This document shows positions 7,698 through 17,113 of a DNA stretch of 64,000 nt, in pieces; positions within the stretch are counted from its first letter, which is position 1; each line of letters starts with the position of its first letter. The stretch is from Minisyncoccota bacterium (GTDB taxonomy: Bacteria > Patescibacteriota > Minisyncoccia > Phycocordibacterales > Phycocordibacteraceae), in contig DASWNF010000014.1 in assembly GCA_036399335.1 (NCBI GenBank), forward strand, positions 108,033-172,032, written 5' to 3'. A model generated the notes under the pieces. That model searched no databases and was not told where the DNA came from. It saw only the letters and a program-made list of their open reading frames with translations. Made by a program: the position numbers and the translations under genes.

Positions 7698-7724
7698 TGC
7701 TGGGGTCTGAACGATGCTGGAATC
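7698..7724 (+). repeat. cassette-boundary repeat
   Basis: TGCTGGGGTCTGAACGATGCTGGAATC. Confidence 0.75.
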
Positions 7725-7831
7725 AAGCTGGGTATTGACAGACTTATTTAAGAGCAGTAAAAAATATTACCGCCAAGGTGGCGGTTGCCTGCGAGGAAAT
7801 GTGGGTAAGCATCCTGGAATGGGAGGCTCTA

Positions 7832-8185
7832 ATGAGTGAATCTTTTGTTCTTACGTCGACAGTCAGCTGGGCACGGTATTGGGCTCTCGTGGCCGTGCAC
7901 ATGGAGGTGAAATGCAATCCCTTAATCGCTCAAACGTGCCCGCACAAGGTCATTGTCGAACCCATCGAGAATAACGAGCGCAGCGTAATCGTTCGTGGCA
8001 TGTGCGAAGGGCAGCTCTTCAGGCTGGTTTGCCAGATTTTCCAAGTTCGCACCGGCGGGTGGCGCCTCGTGCGGATTCGTGGTTACGTCGGTACGAACAA
8101 CAACATAAACATGTCTCCCGTGAATTTCGAAGGGTACGAGGCGGCTTGGACGATCATGGAGCGAAATTATAACGAAGTCGACTAG
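7832..8185 (+). CDS. hypothetical protein
   Basis: TTGACA at 7735, SD GGGAGG at 7821, ATG at 7832; terminator-like hairpin at ~8200-8243. Confidence 0.6.
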   Translation: MSESFVLTSTVSWARYWALVAVHMEVKCNPLIAQTCPHKVIVEPIENNERSVIVRGMCEGQLFRLVCQIFQVRTGGWRLVRIRGYVGTNNNINMSPVNFEGYEAAWTIMERNYNEVD

Positions 8186-8251
8186 GCCCTGCCTATTCAG
8201 AGCCCTGACGGAGAGCCCTCTTGCTCTGCATCAGGGCTCTTCTAATTTTAA

Positions 8252-8275
8252 GTTGGCAGACTAGGTTTCGAACTC
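8252..8275 (+). repeat. island right-end site resembling a tRNA 3' end (T-arm plus acceptor strand)
   Basis: Reverse complement GAGTTCGAAACCTAGTCTGCCAAC; similar to 55554 and 41547. Confidence 0.65.
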
Positions 8276-8312
8276 ACCTCCTTCTACGTATACGCTTTGG
8301 TATACTCCAACC

Positions 8313-8873
8313 ATGTCAGGACACAGCAAATGGGCGCAGATAAAGCGGCAGAAAGGCGTCACGGACGCAGCGCGCAGCCGCGTATTCTCTAAATTCGCGC
8401 GGCTTATCACCATTGAAGCAAAAAAGTCGGGAGGCAATGCATCAGCACCCGGACTGCTCGCCGTCATCGCGCGCGCAAAGGCGGCGAATATGCCCAAGGA
8501 CAACATCGAACGCGCGGTCACGAAGGGCGCATCGAAAGAAGCCGGGGACTTGCACGAGGTTACCTACGAATTCTACGGTCCGGGTGGCGCTGCCGTTATC
8601 GTAAACGCCCTCACGGACAACAGGAACCGCACGACGCAGGAAATAAAACACCTTCTCACGAAGAATAACTTCGAGCTCGGCACCCCGGGAAGCGCTACGT
8701 GGGCCTTTAAGAAGAATCCAGACGGTTCCTTCACGCCGAACGAACCGTTGATGGACGTCGCGGGCGACGACGAGGAAGCGCTCGGCCGCCTGCTCGAGGC
8801 GTTCGACGAACACGAGGACGTACAGAACGTCGTGACGAATGCGCGCGGGTACGAGAACACGAGCGATGAGTAG
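8313..8873 (+). CDS. yebC: YebC/PmpR family protein (short form)
   Basis: MSGHSKWAQIKRQKG, NMPKDNIERA, YE.YGPGG, TDNRNRT, DVQNV. Confidence 0.95.
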   Translation: MSGHSKWAQIKRQKGVTDAARSRVFSKFARLITIEAKKSGGNASAPGLLAVIARAKAANMPKDNIERAVTKGASKEAGDLHEVTYEFYGPGGAAVIVNALTDNRNRTTQEIKHLLTKNNFELGTPGSATWAFKKNPDGSFTPNEPLMDVAGDDEEALGRLLEAFDEHEDVQNVVTNARGYENTSDE

Positions 8874-8879
8874 TCCTGT

Positions 8880-9356
8880 ATGAGGGTGCTCGGCATAGAC
8901 CCGGGGTATGACCGGCTCGGCATGGCCGTGCTTGAAGGCGACCCGAGCCGCCCGACATTAGTCTGGAGCGAATGCGTGCTTCCAGAAAAGGGAAACCCTG
9001 AAGCCCGGCTTGCGCGCGTGTATGCCGAAGTCGCCAGCGCCCTCACGACCTATGCTCCCGATGTGCTCGCCATCGAGACCCTCTTTTTCAGTACCAATAA
9101 GAAGACGGCGCTCGCCGTGGCCGAGGCGCGTGGCGCCATACTCGCAGCTGCGGGTATGGCGCACATTCCCGTGCGCGAATTCTCCCCCGGACAAGTAAAG
9201 CTTGCGGTTACCGGCCACGGCGCCGCCGATAAGGCCGCGATTGCACGCATGCTTCCCCATCTCCTCACCCTCCCGCCAAAGAAGCGGCTTGATGACGAGC
9301 TCGATGCCATGGCGGTCGCGCTTGCCGGACTCGCAGCAAGGCTTCCCTCACGCTAG
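8880..9356 (+). CDS. ruvC: Holliday junction resolvase RuvC
   Basis: VLGIDPG, AIETLFF, VAEARG, VKLAVTG.G.ADK, DD..DA.AVA. Confidence 0.96.
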   Translation: MRVLGIDPGYDRLGMAVLEGDPSRPTLVWSECVLPEKGNPEARLARVYAEVASALTTYAPDVLAIETLFFSTNKKTALAVAEARGAILAAAGMAHIPVREFSPGQVKLAVTGHGAADKAAIARMLPHLLTLPPKKRLDDELDAMAVALAGLAARLPSR

Positions 9357-9463
9357 CCGCTATCCACACACCAAGCGCCGAAAATGGGCTTGCAAATCAA
9401 CTCGCTTTTGTTCAAATAGAGAGGCTTCGAACGCGGGGCACATATTAGTATTAGCAACGGCGT

Positions 9464-9631
9464 ATGGATGAAGAAGAAGAGGAAACCCTTGATATCGATG
9501 ATGCAGCAGTAGTGCTCGGTGATGAGGACGAGGATGAAGACGATGACGACACGGAAGAAGTGCCCGAAGGCTTCCACGAAGTCGACCCCTTCATCGGCGG
9601 CGTCGCCCCAGACGAGGAAGAACCAGTCTAA
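9464..9631 (+). CDS. small hyper-acidic protein (55 aa)
   Basis: Manual translation MDEEEEETLDIDDAAVVLGDEDEDEDDDDTEEVPEGFHEVDPFIGGVAPDEEEPV*; followed by hairpin ACAAACGGCCC/GGGCCGTTTGT. Confidence 0.7.
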   Translation: MDEEEEETLDIDDAAVVLGDEDEDEDDDDTEEVPEGFHEVDPFIGGVAPDEEEPV

Positions 9632-9673
9632 ACAAACGGCCCCGCACGGGGCCGTTTGTGTTAGGATAAACGC

Positions 9674-11938
9674 ATGAAAAAAGCCAAGAAAGGCCTTGGT
9701 TCCCTCCTCCACAGCTCACATCCGTTCGTACGGCTGGGCTTCGTGGCAGTCGGTATCGCACTCGTCTTCTTGGGCGGGAGCATCCTCTGGGTAGCCTTTA
9801 CGCCAATCCCCGCACTTAATACGTTCGACCCGTCCAAGGTCGCGATGTCGACCAAGATTTACGACCGGACCGGCAAGACCGTGCTCTACGACCTCAACCG
9901 TGACATGCGCCGCACGATCGTCCCGCTTTCGGACGTCTCCCCCAACCTCCAGAAGGCGACCCTCGCCATCGAGGACTCCGATTTCTATTCGCACGGCGGC
10001 ATCAGCATCACCGGTACGGCCCGCGCCCTCCTTACGGACGTCGTAAGCATGTCATTCGCCCAAGGTGGCTCAACCATCACCCAGCAGGTGGTGAAAAACA
10101 CCATCCTGACCGGGAAGAAGAGCGTCATCCGCAAGGCGCAGGAATGGATTCTCGCCATCCGCTTCGAGGGTGAGTACACCAAGGATGAGATCCTTGAGTT
10201 CTATTTCAACGTATCGCCGTACGGCGGTACGCTCTACGGCGCCGAGGCTTCGAGCCGCGCCTTCTTCGGGAAGAGCGCGAAAGACCTCACCCTCGCCGAA
10301 GCTGCATATATGGCTTCCATCCCCCAGCGCCCGACCTACTACTCCCCGTACGGGAATAACCGCGAAGCGCTCGATGAAAGGAAGAACCTCGTGCTCGCCC
10401 GCATGCTAAAACTCGAGCAGATCACTAAAGAGGAGCATGACGCGGCGCGGAACGAAAAGGTTGCCTTCAGCCGCCAGCAGAACAACTCCATCATCGCGCC
10501 GCACTTCGTCTTTTACATCGAACAGCAGCTCGAGGAGATGTACGGCCCCGAGGTCGCGAACCAGGGCTATAGTGTTATCTCGACCCTGGACGTCGACCTC
10601 CAGCGTGAGGCCGACACCATCGTGAACCGCCACGCAATTGCGAATACCTCGCGCTTTAATGCAAGCAATGCGGCGCTCGTCGCCATCGACCCGAAGACGG
10701 GGCAGGTGCTCGCCATGGTCGGCTCTCGCGACTACTTCGATAAGGAGATTGACGGTAACTTCAATGCTGCGCTCGCGCTCCGGCAGCCGGGCTCGGCCTT
10801 TAAGCCGTTCGTGTATGCCGCAGCTATCGCCAAGGGCTACACGCGCGACACCATTGTCTTCGACCTCCCGACACAGTTCTCGACGACCTGTTCCCCAGCG
10901 GACAACCAGAACGGCGAACCGCCGTGCTACGCCCCAGGTAACTTCGACGACAAGTTCCGCGGCCCGATGACCTTCACGACGGCGCTTGCGCAGTCGATCA
11001 ATATTCCGGCCGTGAAGATCCTCTACCTCGCAGGCATCCCGAACGTGCTCACGCTCGCAAAGAGCATGGGGCTCAATACGCTCGGCGAACCCCGCGACTA
11101 CGGGCTCTCCCTTGCGCTCGGTGCAGCCGAGGTACGCCTCCTCGACCTGACGGCCGCCTTCGCGGGCTTCGGTAACGAGGGCATGGTGAATAAGCCGTAC
11201 GGCATATTGAGTGTGTCTGATGCCGCCGGGAAGACGCTTGATGACTTCAAGCCGGAGCCCAAGCGCGCCATCGACCCTGAGGTAGCGCGCGAAGTTTCCT
11301 ACATGCTTTCAAATAACGCCGCGAGAGAGAACGCAGTGAACCCATTCAACTTCCCTGGGTATGATGTGGCAGCGAAGACCGGTACGACGAACGAGTCGCG
11401 TGACGTATGGACCGTCGGGTACACGCCGTCTATCGCCATCGGTGTCTGGGCCGGAAACAACAACAACGCGCCCATGGTGAAGCAGACGGCCGGCTTCATC
11501 GTCGCGCCTATGTGGAATGAGGTCATGCGGTACGCGCTCGGTAAGTACCCGCAGGAATTCTTCAGCGCGCCGCCCGAGATACCGGCTGACGCCCCTGCAG
11601 CGCTCCGTGGCGTGTACTCGGGCCCGACGGGCGTCCACGACATCCTCCACTGGGTGAATAAGGACAACCCGCGCTCCGGCGGCTCATCACAAGGCGATGG
11701 CCAGTACCGCTACTGGGAATACCCTCTTTCGGGATGGTTTGTAGGTGGCATGCCGGACCCTAACGCAACGACGACTGCGTCAACGACACCAAGCTTCGAC
11801 TTCCTCTTCGAAGGCGAACCTGACGGCGATGGCGGCCAAGGGGATCCCGGAGACAACGGCAACAACGGGAACGGTGACGGAAACGGTAATGGCGACCCTC
11901 CCCGGCGCCCAGAGGACGACGCCGAAGACGCCGCCTAA
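9674..11938 (+). CDS. class A penicillin-binding protein (PBP1A family)
   Basis: TM anchor; transglycosylase motifs EDxxFYxHxG and GGSTITQQ; transpeptidase motifs SAFK, SIN, KTGT. Confidence 0.95.
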   Translation: MKKAKKGLGSLLHSSHPFVRLGFVAVGIALVFLGGSILWVAFTPIPALNTFDPSKVAMSTKIYDRTGKTVLYDLNRDMRRTIVPLSDVSPNLQKATLAIEDSDFYSHGGISITGTARALLTDVVSMSFAQGGSTITQQVVKNTILTGKKSVIRKAQEWILAIRFEGEYTKDEILEFYFNVSPYGGTLYGAEASSRAFFGKSAKDLTLAEAAYMASIPQRPTYYSPYGNNREALDERKNLVLARMLKLEQITKEEHDAARNEKVAFSRQQNNSIIAPHFVFYIEQQLEEMYGPEVANQGYSVISTLDVDLQREADTIVNRHAIANTSRFNASNAALVAIDPKTGQVLAMVGSRDYFDKEIDGNFNAALALRQPGSAFKPFVYAAAIAKGYTRDTIVFDLPTQFSTTCSPADNQNGEPPCYAPGNFDDKFRGPMTFTTALAQSINIPAVKILYLAGIPNVLTLAKSMGLNTLGEPRDYGLSLALGAAEVRLLDLTAAFAGFGNEGMVNKPYGILSVSDAAGKTLDDFKPEPKRAIDPEVAREVSYMLSNNAARENAVNPFNFPGYDVAAKTGTTNESRDVWTVGYTPSIAIGVWAGNNNNAPMVKQTAGFIVAPMWNEVMRYALGKYPQEFFSAPPEIPADAPAALRGVYSGPTGVHDILHWVNKDNPRSGGSSQGDGQYRYWEYPLSGWFVGGMPDPNATTTASTTPSFDFLFEGEPDGDGGQGDPGDNGNNGNGDGNGNGDPPRRPEDDAEDAA

Positions 11939-12189
11939 CGAAGCTCCATCACTTGAATACCGTCTCGGTTGAGGCGGTTTTTCAATGCGTCGAGATTGAG
12001 GAGTATGGCCGACTTAAGGACGGGCGGCACGCTAAGCACCAGGCGGCCATCCGTATGCGTGACCTGGCTTGGGGTTATGGGTACGCCCGTGACGGCGGTG
12101 ACTGCCTCCGCAACCATTTGCCTGATCCCTGCCTCCCGAAGGCCGGGCATTGGGTGCCGGGCGAGGATGTCCTTGATGGAGAATTCCAT
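11935..12189 (-). CDS. hypothetical protein, possible DciA/DUF721-like
   Basis: 84 aa with DGRLVLSVPPVLKSAILL pattern; lies downstream of dnaA-dnaN. Confidence 0.5.
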   Translation of the reverse strand: MEFSIKDILARHPMPGLREAGIRQMVAEAVTAVTGVPITPSQVTHTDGRLVLSVPPVLKSAILLNLDALKNRLNRDGIQVMELR

Positions 12190-12252
12190 GCCTCTAGCAT
12201 ACCTGCCTACTCAAGGAGAACGAAGTGATTAAAAACGGAGGTAGTCCGGGGG

Positions 12253-12810
12253 TTATACGAGGCCGCTTTGCAGCAGCTTTTTAGTAAACCGGTGCATTTG
12301 GGGATCGAGGATTGCTGGGTCAGCAGCTAGCACTTCTTCGTATCCAAACCATCGGTAGCCATGGAATTCGCTTGTGTCGAAAGTAATATGCTGCCTTGAG
12401 TCCCCTTTCACTACATACCAGAAACTCACGTCGGTATGCCCTGCAGTTAAGCCAACAGTAACCGTACGCGTGAGGAAGATTGGTAACTCAGAAATAAAGT
12501 CTGCATTTATATTAAGTTCTTCTTGTATTTCTCGCTCAACTGTCGTTTTTGGATGCTCGCCCTTCTCGACGTGCCCGCCGCTTGGCAGCCAAAGGCAGGC
12601 TTTAATATGGTCCATAAGCAGAATCTTTTTTGCCTCTGGATCTACAACAACAAAGTATGAAACAAGATGTTTGGGTGGCACGTCTGGTTTCTCAATGCGA
12701 AATATCTCTACTTCGCTCTCGATCCAATTAACAGCATCGGTAATTGTTTGCTTCTCTAGATCATCATATGGGCTTATGGCCCGTATGAGTGCGTGTATTT
12801 GCTCTCTCAT
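12253..12810 (-). CDS. NUDIX hydrolase
   Basis: Nudix box GGHVEKGE....TVEREIQEE; lower GC than its neighbours. Confidence 0.92.
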   Translation of the reverse strand: MREQIHALIRAISPYDDLEKQTITDAVNWIESEVEIFRIEKPDVPPKHLVSYFVVVDPEAKKILLMDHIKACLWLPSGGHVEKGEHPKTTVEREIQEELNINADFISELPIFLTRTVTVGLTAGHTDVSFWYVVKGDSRQHITFDTSEFHGYRWFGYEEVLAADPAILDPQMHRFTKKLLQSGLV

Positions 12811-12827
12811 CAGGTTAGAGACTGGAC

Positions 12828-13928
12828 CTACTGGTTCATCGGCATCACGAGGTAGAGGAAGGTGTTGTCACCGACGCCGCGGATGACGAGCGGGCGGCCG
12901 ATGCCGGCGGACGAAAGAGAAAGGTTCTCGCTCGTGATAAGCGAAAGCGGCGCTGAAAGGTACCGATGGTTGAAGGAGAGTTCGATAGGTTCGCCCGTGA
13001 GTGAGGAAGTGACGCTTTCATTCGACTCTCCGACATCACTGTTACGCGCCGAAAAGAACAACTGTTTATCCGGGACGGAGAAGCTGACGCGGATCTTCTG
13101 GAATGAGTCGGAGAAGACGGCGGTACGGCGAAGGACGGCCTCGAAGTCTTTCTTGAGGACGGTGGCCTCGCAGGAGAACGACTTCGGGATGATCTGGGTG
13201 TAGTCAGGATACGGCACGGTCACGAGACGGGTCGTCACGAGGCCGGTGTTCCAAGAAAAGGCGCATTGGTGCTCGTCGATAAGCACTTCCACATTATCGT
13301 CCGGTATGGTCTGGACGATATCGAGTGCATTCTTCGCGGGAATGAGTATTGAGAAGGGGGTGATCGACCCTGATACGGGCATGCGCTTCTCCGCCAGGCG
13401 GAAGGAGTCGGTCGCGACGGCCTTTATCGTCCCTGCTTCAGCTGAAAGGAGTACACTTCCGAGCTCAGGGCGCACTGTCGACGGTGAAGCATATGCGGCA
13501 ACCGCCCCGACAAGCGCCCGAAGTGAACTTCCCGCGAGCGAAAATTTGGTCTTACCTGCGTCCGGAAGCGGCAGTGTAGGGAAATCCTCGTAGGCAAGGG
13601 TCTTGAGGGTGCTCTTGCCCGCTTTTGAGCCGAGGATGACTGTTTCTCCCGTATGCTCAAGTTTGATTAACCCCGTGTCCGTGAACGACCCGGTTATCTC
13701 GCGAAGGGTGGTTGCAGGAAGGACGACTACACCCGGAGTCTCAATCGTTCCATTCACCCGCAAATCGATTCCCGTCTCAAGGTTTGTTGCGCGAAGCTTG
13801 ATACCGTCGTCACCCGCAATGATGGCGATACCTGCGAGAACCGGGAGTGTTGCTGAACGACGTTCTGCAAATCGTGCGACCCGAAGAACAGCTTCCGCGA
13901 ATTCCTTCTTTTCTAAAGTGATAACCAT
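12828..13928 (-). CDS. dnaN: DNA polymerase III beta sliding clamp
   Basis: LRATNLE, VATDSFRLAE, YPDY..IIP, C-terminal YLVMPM. Confidence 0.97.
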   Translation of the reverse strand: MVITLEKKEFAEAVLRVARFAERRSATLPVLAGIAIIAGDDGIKLRATNLETGIDLRVNGTIETPGVVVLPATTLREITGSFTDTGLIKLEHTGETVILGSKAGKSTLKTLAYEDFPTLPLPDAGKTKFSLAGSSLRALVGAVAAYASPSTVRPELGSVLLSAEAGTIKAVATDSFRLAEKRMPVSGSITPFSILIPAKNALDIVQTIPDDNVEVLIDEHQCAFSWNTGLVTTRLVTVPYPDYTQIIPKSFSCEATVLKKDFEAVLRRTAVFSDSFQKIRVSFSVPDKQLFFSARNSDVGESNESVTSSLTGEPIELSFNHRYLSAPLSLITSENLSLSSAGIGRPLVIRGVGDNTFLYLVMPMNQ

Positions 13929-13959
13929 GAAATGCTTATTATTAGGGGTGTTGATACTG

Positions 13960-14160
13960 GGGAAACGAAACTCTATCCAGTATATATGCCGCGTAAGGGT
14001 CTGCCCACGAACTGATAACTCGGTTGCTGCACGACTTCTGCTTGGGGAGAACTATAAGCCCGTAAAAGCTTGCGTGGATAAGTAGTGGTGATTTTCATGA
14101 CTTGTACCCACCTATCCACTGAGCTTTTCATTGTTTATTCATAACTTCTCCCCAGCCTTA
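13960..14160. promoter_or_regulatory. DnaA-box cluster, candidate oriC
   Basis: dnaA-dnaN spacer with box-like 9-mers: CGTGGATAA, CTATCCACT, TTATTCATA, TTCTCCCCA, GTACCCACC. Confidence 0.65.
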
Positions 14161-14170
14161 TGCCTCTTGC

Positions 14171-15544
14171 TTAAACAAGGAGGCTGCGTATGTCCTGAAT
14201 CTCCTTCGCGAGTTCAGCATCGTTAACGATTTCCCGCTTCACTTTCTCGCACGAATGGATGACGGTCGTATGGTCGCGTCCGCCAAGCTTGCTGCCGATG
14301 GTCGGGTACGAGACGCTGAAGTCCTCACGGAGGATATACATGATGACCTGGCGAGGCCGCACCACTTCCCTGCGGCGGGTCTTCTCATAGATACTGTCTT
14401 CCTCAATGCCGTAGAACTCGGCGATCTTTGAGACGACATGTTTCACTGAGACGGTCTTGGTAGGCCGCGAGAATGAGCGGAGCGATTGGCGCACCTCGGC
14501 AAGGTCGGGCGGTATGCCCTTTACCTGCGTATGGCAGACAATCGAATTGATGACGCCCTCGAGCTCGCGAATAGAGCCTGATACGGAGGTCGCAATGAAC
14601 TCTACCGCCTCTTCAGCGAGCGTAATGCCTTGGGAAGCGAGCTTCTTCCGCACGATGGCAATACGGGATTCGGCGTCAGGCTCGCTGATATCGACCGTCA
14701 TGCCGCTCGCAAGGCGCCCGCGAAGGCGATCGGCGATATCAGGAATCGCTACCGGTGCCCTATCGGAGGAGAAGACGATCTGCTTGTTGTTGTCGTAGAG
14801 GGAGTTAAAGAGGTGGAAGAGCTCCTCCTGGAACTTGTCCTTCTTCGAGAAGAACTGGACGTCGTCGATGATGAGGAGGTCATACCCGCGGTACTTATCC
14901 TTAAAGCGGTTTGCCGTCCCGAGCTGGAGGGAGTCGGTGAACTCGTTTCCGAACCGGTCCGAGGTCAGGTAATAGACCTTCCGGGAGGGATAGAGCTTCT
15001 TGTACTGGTTCCCTATCGCCTGGATAAGGTGGGTCTTGCCGCGGCCGGTATCCCCGTAGATGAAGAGCGGGTTGTAGGTAATGCCGGGGCGATGAAGCGC
15101 TGCCTGGGCAGCCGTATAGGCGAGCTCGTTGAAGGGGCCGACGACGAAGGTGTCGAAGGTATAGCGCGGGTTGAGGTTGTCGCTCTTATTAATGTAGAAG
15201 TCGTTTAGCGGGAGCTCGGTGTTTGGCACCGGAGCGCGGCGTACTTCCTTGGGTTTTCGGGATGCGTCCTTCACTATCGTGTACTCGATATTGCGGTACT
15301 CGTATGAGACCCCACGCAAGATCTTGAGAAGGAGCGTGTGGAACTTCTTGAGGTACCAGTCGCGGAAGAACTGGCTCGGTACGCCGATGTAGACGATACC
15401 GTCCTCTATCTTCTGGATCGAACTCTCACGGAACCAGGTGTTGAAGTTGGCGGGCGAGATGGAGAGCTCGACCTGGGTGAGCATGAATTCCCATAACTCA
15501 TGCGGGTCAGAACGGTTAACAACGTTAGAAAGGGTGAGACTCAT
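14171..15544 (-). CDS. dnaA: chromosomal replication initiator DnaA
   Basis: LNPRYTFDTFVVG, YNPLFIYG..G.GKTHL, LLIIDDVQF, GGRDHTTVIHS. Confidence 0.98.
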   Translation of the reverse strand: MSLTLSNVVNRSDPHELWEFMLTQVELSISPANFNTWFRESSIQKIEDGIVYIGVPSQFFRDWYLKKFHTLLLKILRGVSYEYRNIEYTIVKDASRKPKEVRRAPVPNTELPLNDFYINKSDNLNPRYTFDTFVVGPFNELAYTAAQAALHRPGITYNPLFIYGDTGRGKTHLIQAIGNQYKKLYPSRKVYYLTSDRFGNEFTDSLQLGTANRFKDKYRGYDLLIIDDVQFFSKKDKFQEELFHLFNSLYDNNKQIVFSSDRAPVAIPDIADRLRGRLASGMTVDISEPDAESRIAIVRKKLASQGITLAEEAVEFIATSVSGSIRELEGVINSIVCHTQVKGIPPDLAEVRQSLRSFSRPTKTVSVKHVVSKIAEFYGIEEDSIYEKTRRREVVRPRQVIMYILREDFSVSYPTIGSKLGGRDHTTVIHSCEKVKREIVNDAELAKEIQDIRSLLV

Positions 15545-15818
15545 GCGCGCAGAAACGTATTACCTGATAAGAACCCGTATCCTGAATCGTAAGCGCGTAC
15601 TTTCTACCGGGGTTCATCGTTTCCAAAGTATACGCAGGTTTTTTCTTTAGTGAAGTTTTAGGGAATTTCTTACCCACCTGAGCGCAAGCTGTTATTAACC
15701 TGTGGATATCCTTAAATCCCGAGCCATGAATACCAGGTTTTATTGCCCCAAAACGTAATTTGTGGGAGAATGCTCGAAATTAACCATTCCCGACCTCAAA
15801 GCCGGATTTTAGAGATAT

Positions 15819-15971
15819 ATGCCTAAGCGAACGTACCAACCGAAGAAAAGGAAGCGCGCCCGAACCCACGGTTTCCTTGCCCGTACCGCGACCCCTGGAG
15901 GGCGCCGCGTGCTTCTTGCCCGCCGCCGCAAAGGACGCGCAAGCCTGACGGTTTCGAAGAAAGTAAGGTAA
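15819..15971 (+). CDS. rpmH: 50S ribosomal protein L34
   Basis: Manual translation [50 protein letters not shown]. Confidence 0.96.
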   Translation: MPKRTYQPKKRKRARTHGFLARTATPGGRRVLLARRRKGRASLTVSKKVR

Positions 15972-15977
15972 TACGCC

Positions 15978-16304
15978 ATGTTTCCGCGTAAGCTTCGGCT
16001 TTCTCGTCGCGGTTTCGAGTCGGCTCGCGGCCTCAATAGGGCGGCGAGCCGTTACTTTTCTGTCTCCCACGGTCCCGCTCCCGAGGAAGGAGGTGCTGCC
16101 GTCGTAGTCTCAAAGAAGGTGGCGCGCCTCTCGGTTATGCGCCATCTCCTAAGGCGACGGGTCATGGCCGTCGCCCGCCCGTACGCGTCCCCCGAGCGAG
16201 CGCTTATCATCCATGTGCGTCCGGGTGCCGGGCAGGTGGCCTTCCCTCTGCTTCGGGATGAGCTTATTGGGCTATTACGGTCTATACTACCTGCACAACC
16301 ATAA
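15978..16304 (+). CDS. rnpA: RNase P protein component
   Basis: VVVSKKVA..SV.RH.LRRR motif; synteny rpmH-rnpA-yidC. Confidence 0.88.
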   Translation: MFPRKLRLSRRGFESARGLNRAASRYFSVSHGPAPEEGGAAVVVSKKVARLSVMRHLLRRRVMAVARPYASPERALIIHVRPGAGQVAFPLLRDELIGLLRSILPAQP

Positions 16305-16313
16305 CGTCCCTCT

Positions 16314-17060
16314 ATGTTTTCTGCGTTTTTCCACAACTTCCTCTACGCCCCAATCTATAACCTGCTCGTATTCCTCGTAGGCCTCGTTCCTGGAGGAGAT
16401 GTCGGCCTTGCCGTCATCATCGCTACGGTCATCGTGAAGCTCATTATCATGCCGCTTTCCTTGCGCGCCGTACGGACGCAGCGCCAAATGAAGCTCATCG
16501 AGCCCCAGCTGAGGGCACTCAAGGAAACCCACAAGAATGACCGCGAGCGCCAGGCAAAGGAAATGCTTACGCTTTACCGTGAGCACAACATCCGCCCGTT
16601 CGCGAGCATCCTGGGCATCCTGATCCAGCTCCCTATAATCGTTGCGCTCTACTTCGTCTTTAGCCGTGAAGCGCTTCTTAATATTGATCCGTCGCTCCTC
16701 TATAGTTTCGTCGGCGTGCCGGAAACCATCTCTCCGCTCTTCCTCGGTACGTTCGTGGTCACCGGCTCAAGCGTTATCCTCGCCGTTCTCGCCGGCCTTG
16801 CACAGGCGGCACACGCCCGCCTATCCGTTCCTGTCCCAGACGCACCGGCAGCGGGAGCAGTGCGAAGCATGGGTGACGACTTCGGCCGGATCATGGCGAT
16901 GCAGGCGCGCTACATCCTCCCGGTTATCGTGGTGGTCATCGCCTACATAACCTCGGGCGCCGTTGCCCTCTATTTCATAACGAGCAGCCTGGTTGGCCTT
17001 CTCCAGGAGTGGGTGGTGCGAAGGATGAAGCATCCGGAGTCCCCTTCTTCGGCTGCGTAA
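16314..17060 (+). CDS. yidC: membrane protein insertase YidC
   Basis: GLAVII.TVIVKL...PL, LIQLPIIVALY, ALYFITS; synteny. Confidence 0.93.
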   Translation: MFSAFFHNFLYAPIYNLLVFLVGLVPGGDVGLAVIIATVIVKLIIMPLSLRAVRTQRQMKLIEPQLRALKETHKNDRERQAKEMLTLYREHNIRPFASILGILIQLPIIVALYFVFSREALLNIDPSLLYSFVGVPETISPLFLGTFVVTGSSVILAVLAGLAQAAHARLSVPVPDAPAAGAVRSMGDDFGRIMAMQARYILPVIVVVIAYITSGAVALYFITSSLVGLLQEWVVRRMKHPESPSSAA

Positions 17061-17067
17061 CCCGGCA

Positions 17068-17112
17068 TAAAAAGAAAAGGCGGCGCCCAGAGGGCGCCGC
17101 CTTTTCTTTTTA
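17068..17112. terminator. bidirectional intrinsic terminator
   Basis: TAAAAAGAAAAGGCGGCGCCC/GGGCGCCGCCTTTTCTTTTTA between convergent genes. Confidence 0.9.
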
Positions 17113-17113
17113 C

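Noticed and set aside
3003-7724. The recurring ~29-bp repeat as a CRISPR array
   Set aside because: Spacing is irregular (~200-800 bp), the intervals contain whole genes, the copies are degenerate, and no cas genes are present.
3003-7724. Classical integron attC sites
   Set aside because: No long imperfect inverted repeat, no RYYYAAC/GTTRRRY boxes and no adjacent intI.
12253-12810. NUDIX gene as another repeat-bounded cassette
   Set aside because: It has lower GC, but I could not find the repeat motif on either flank.
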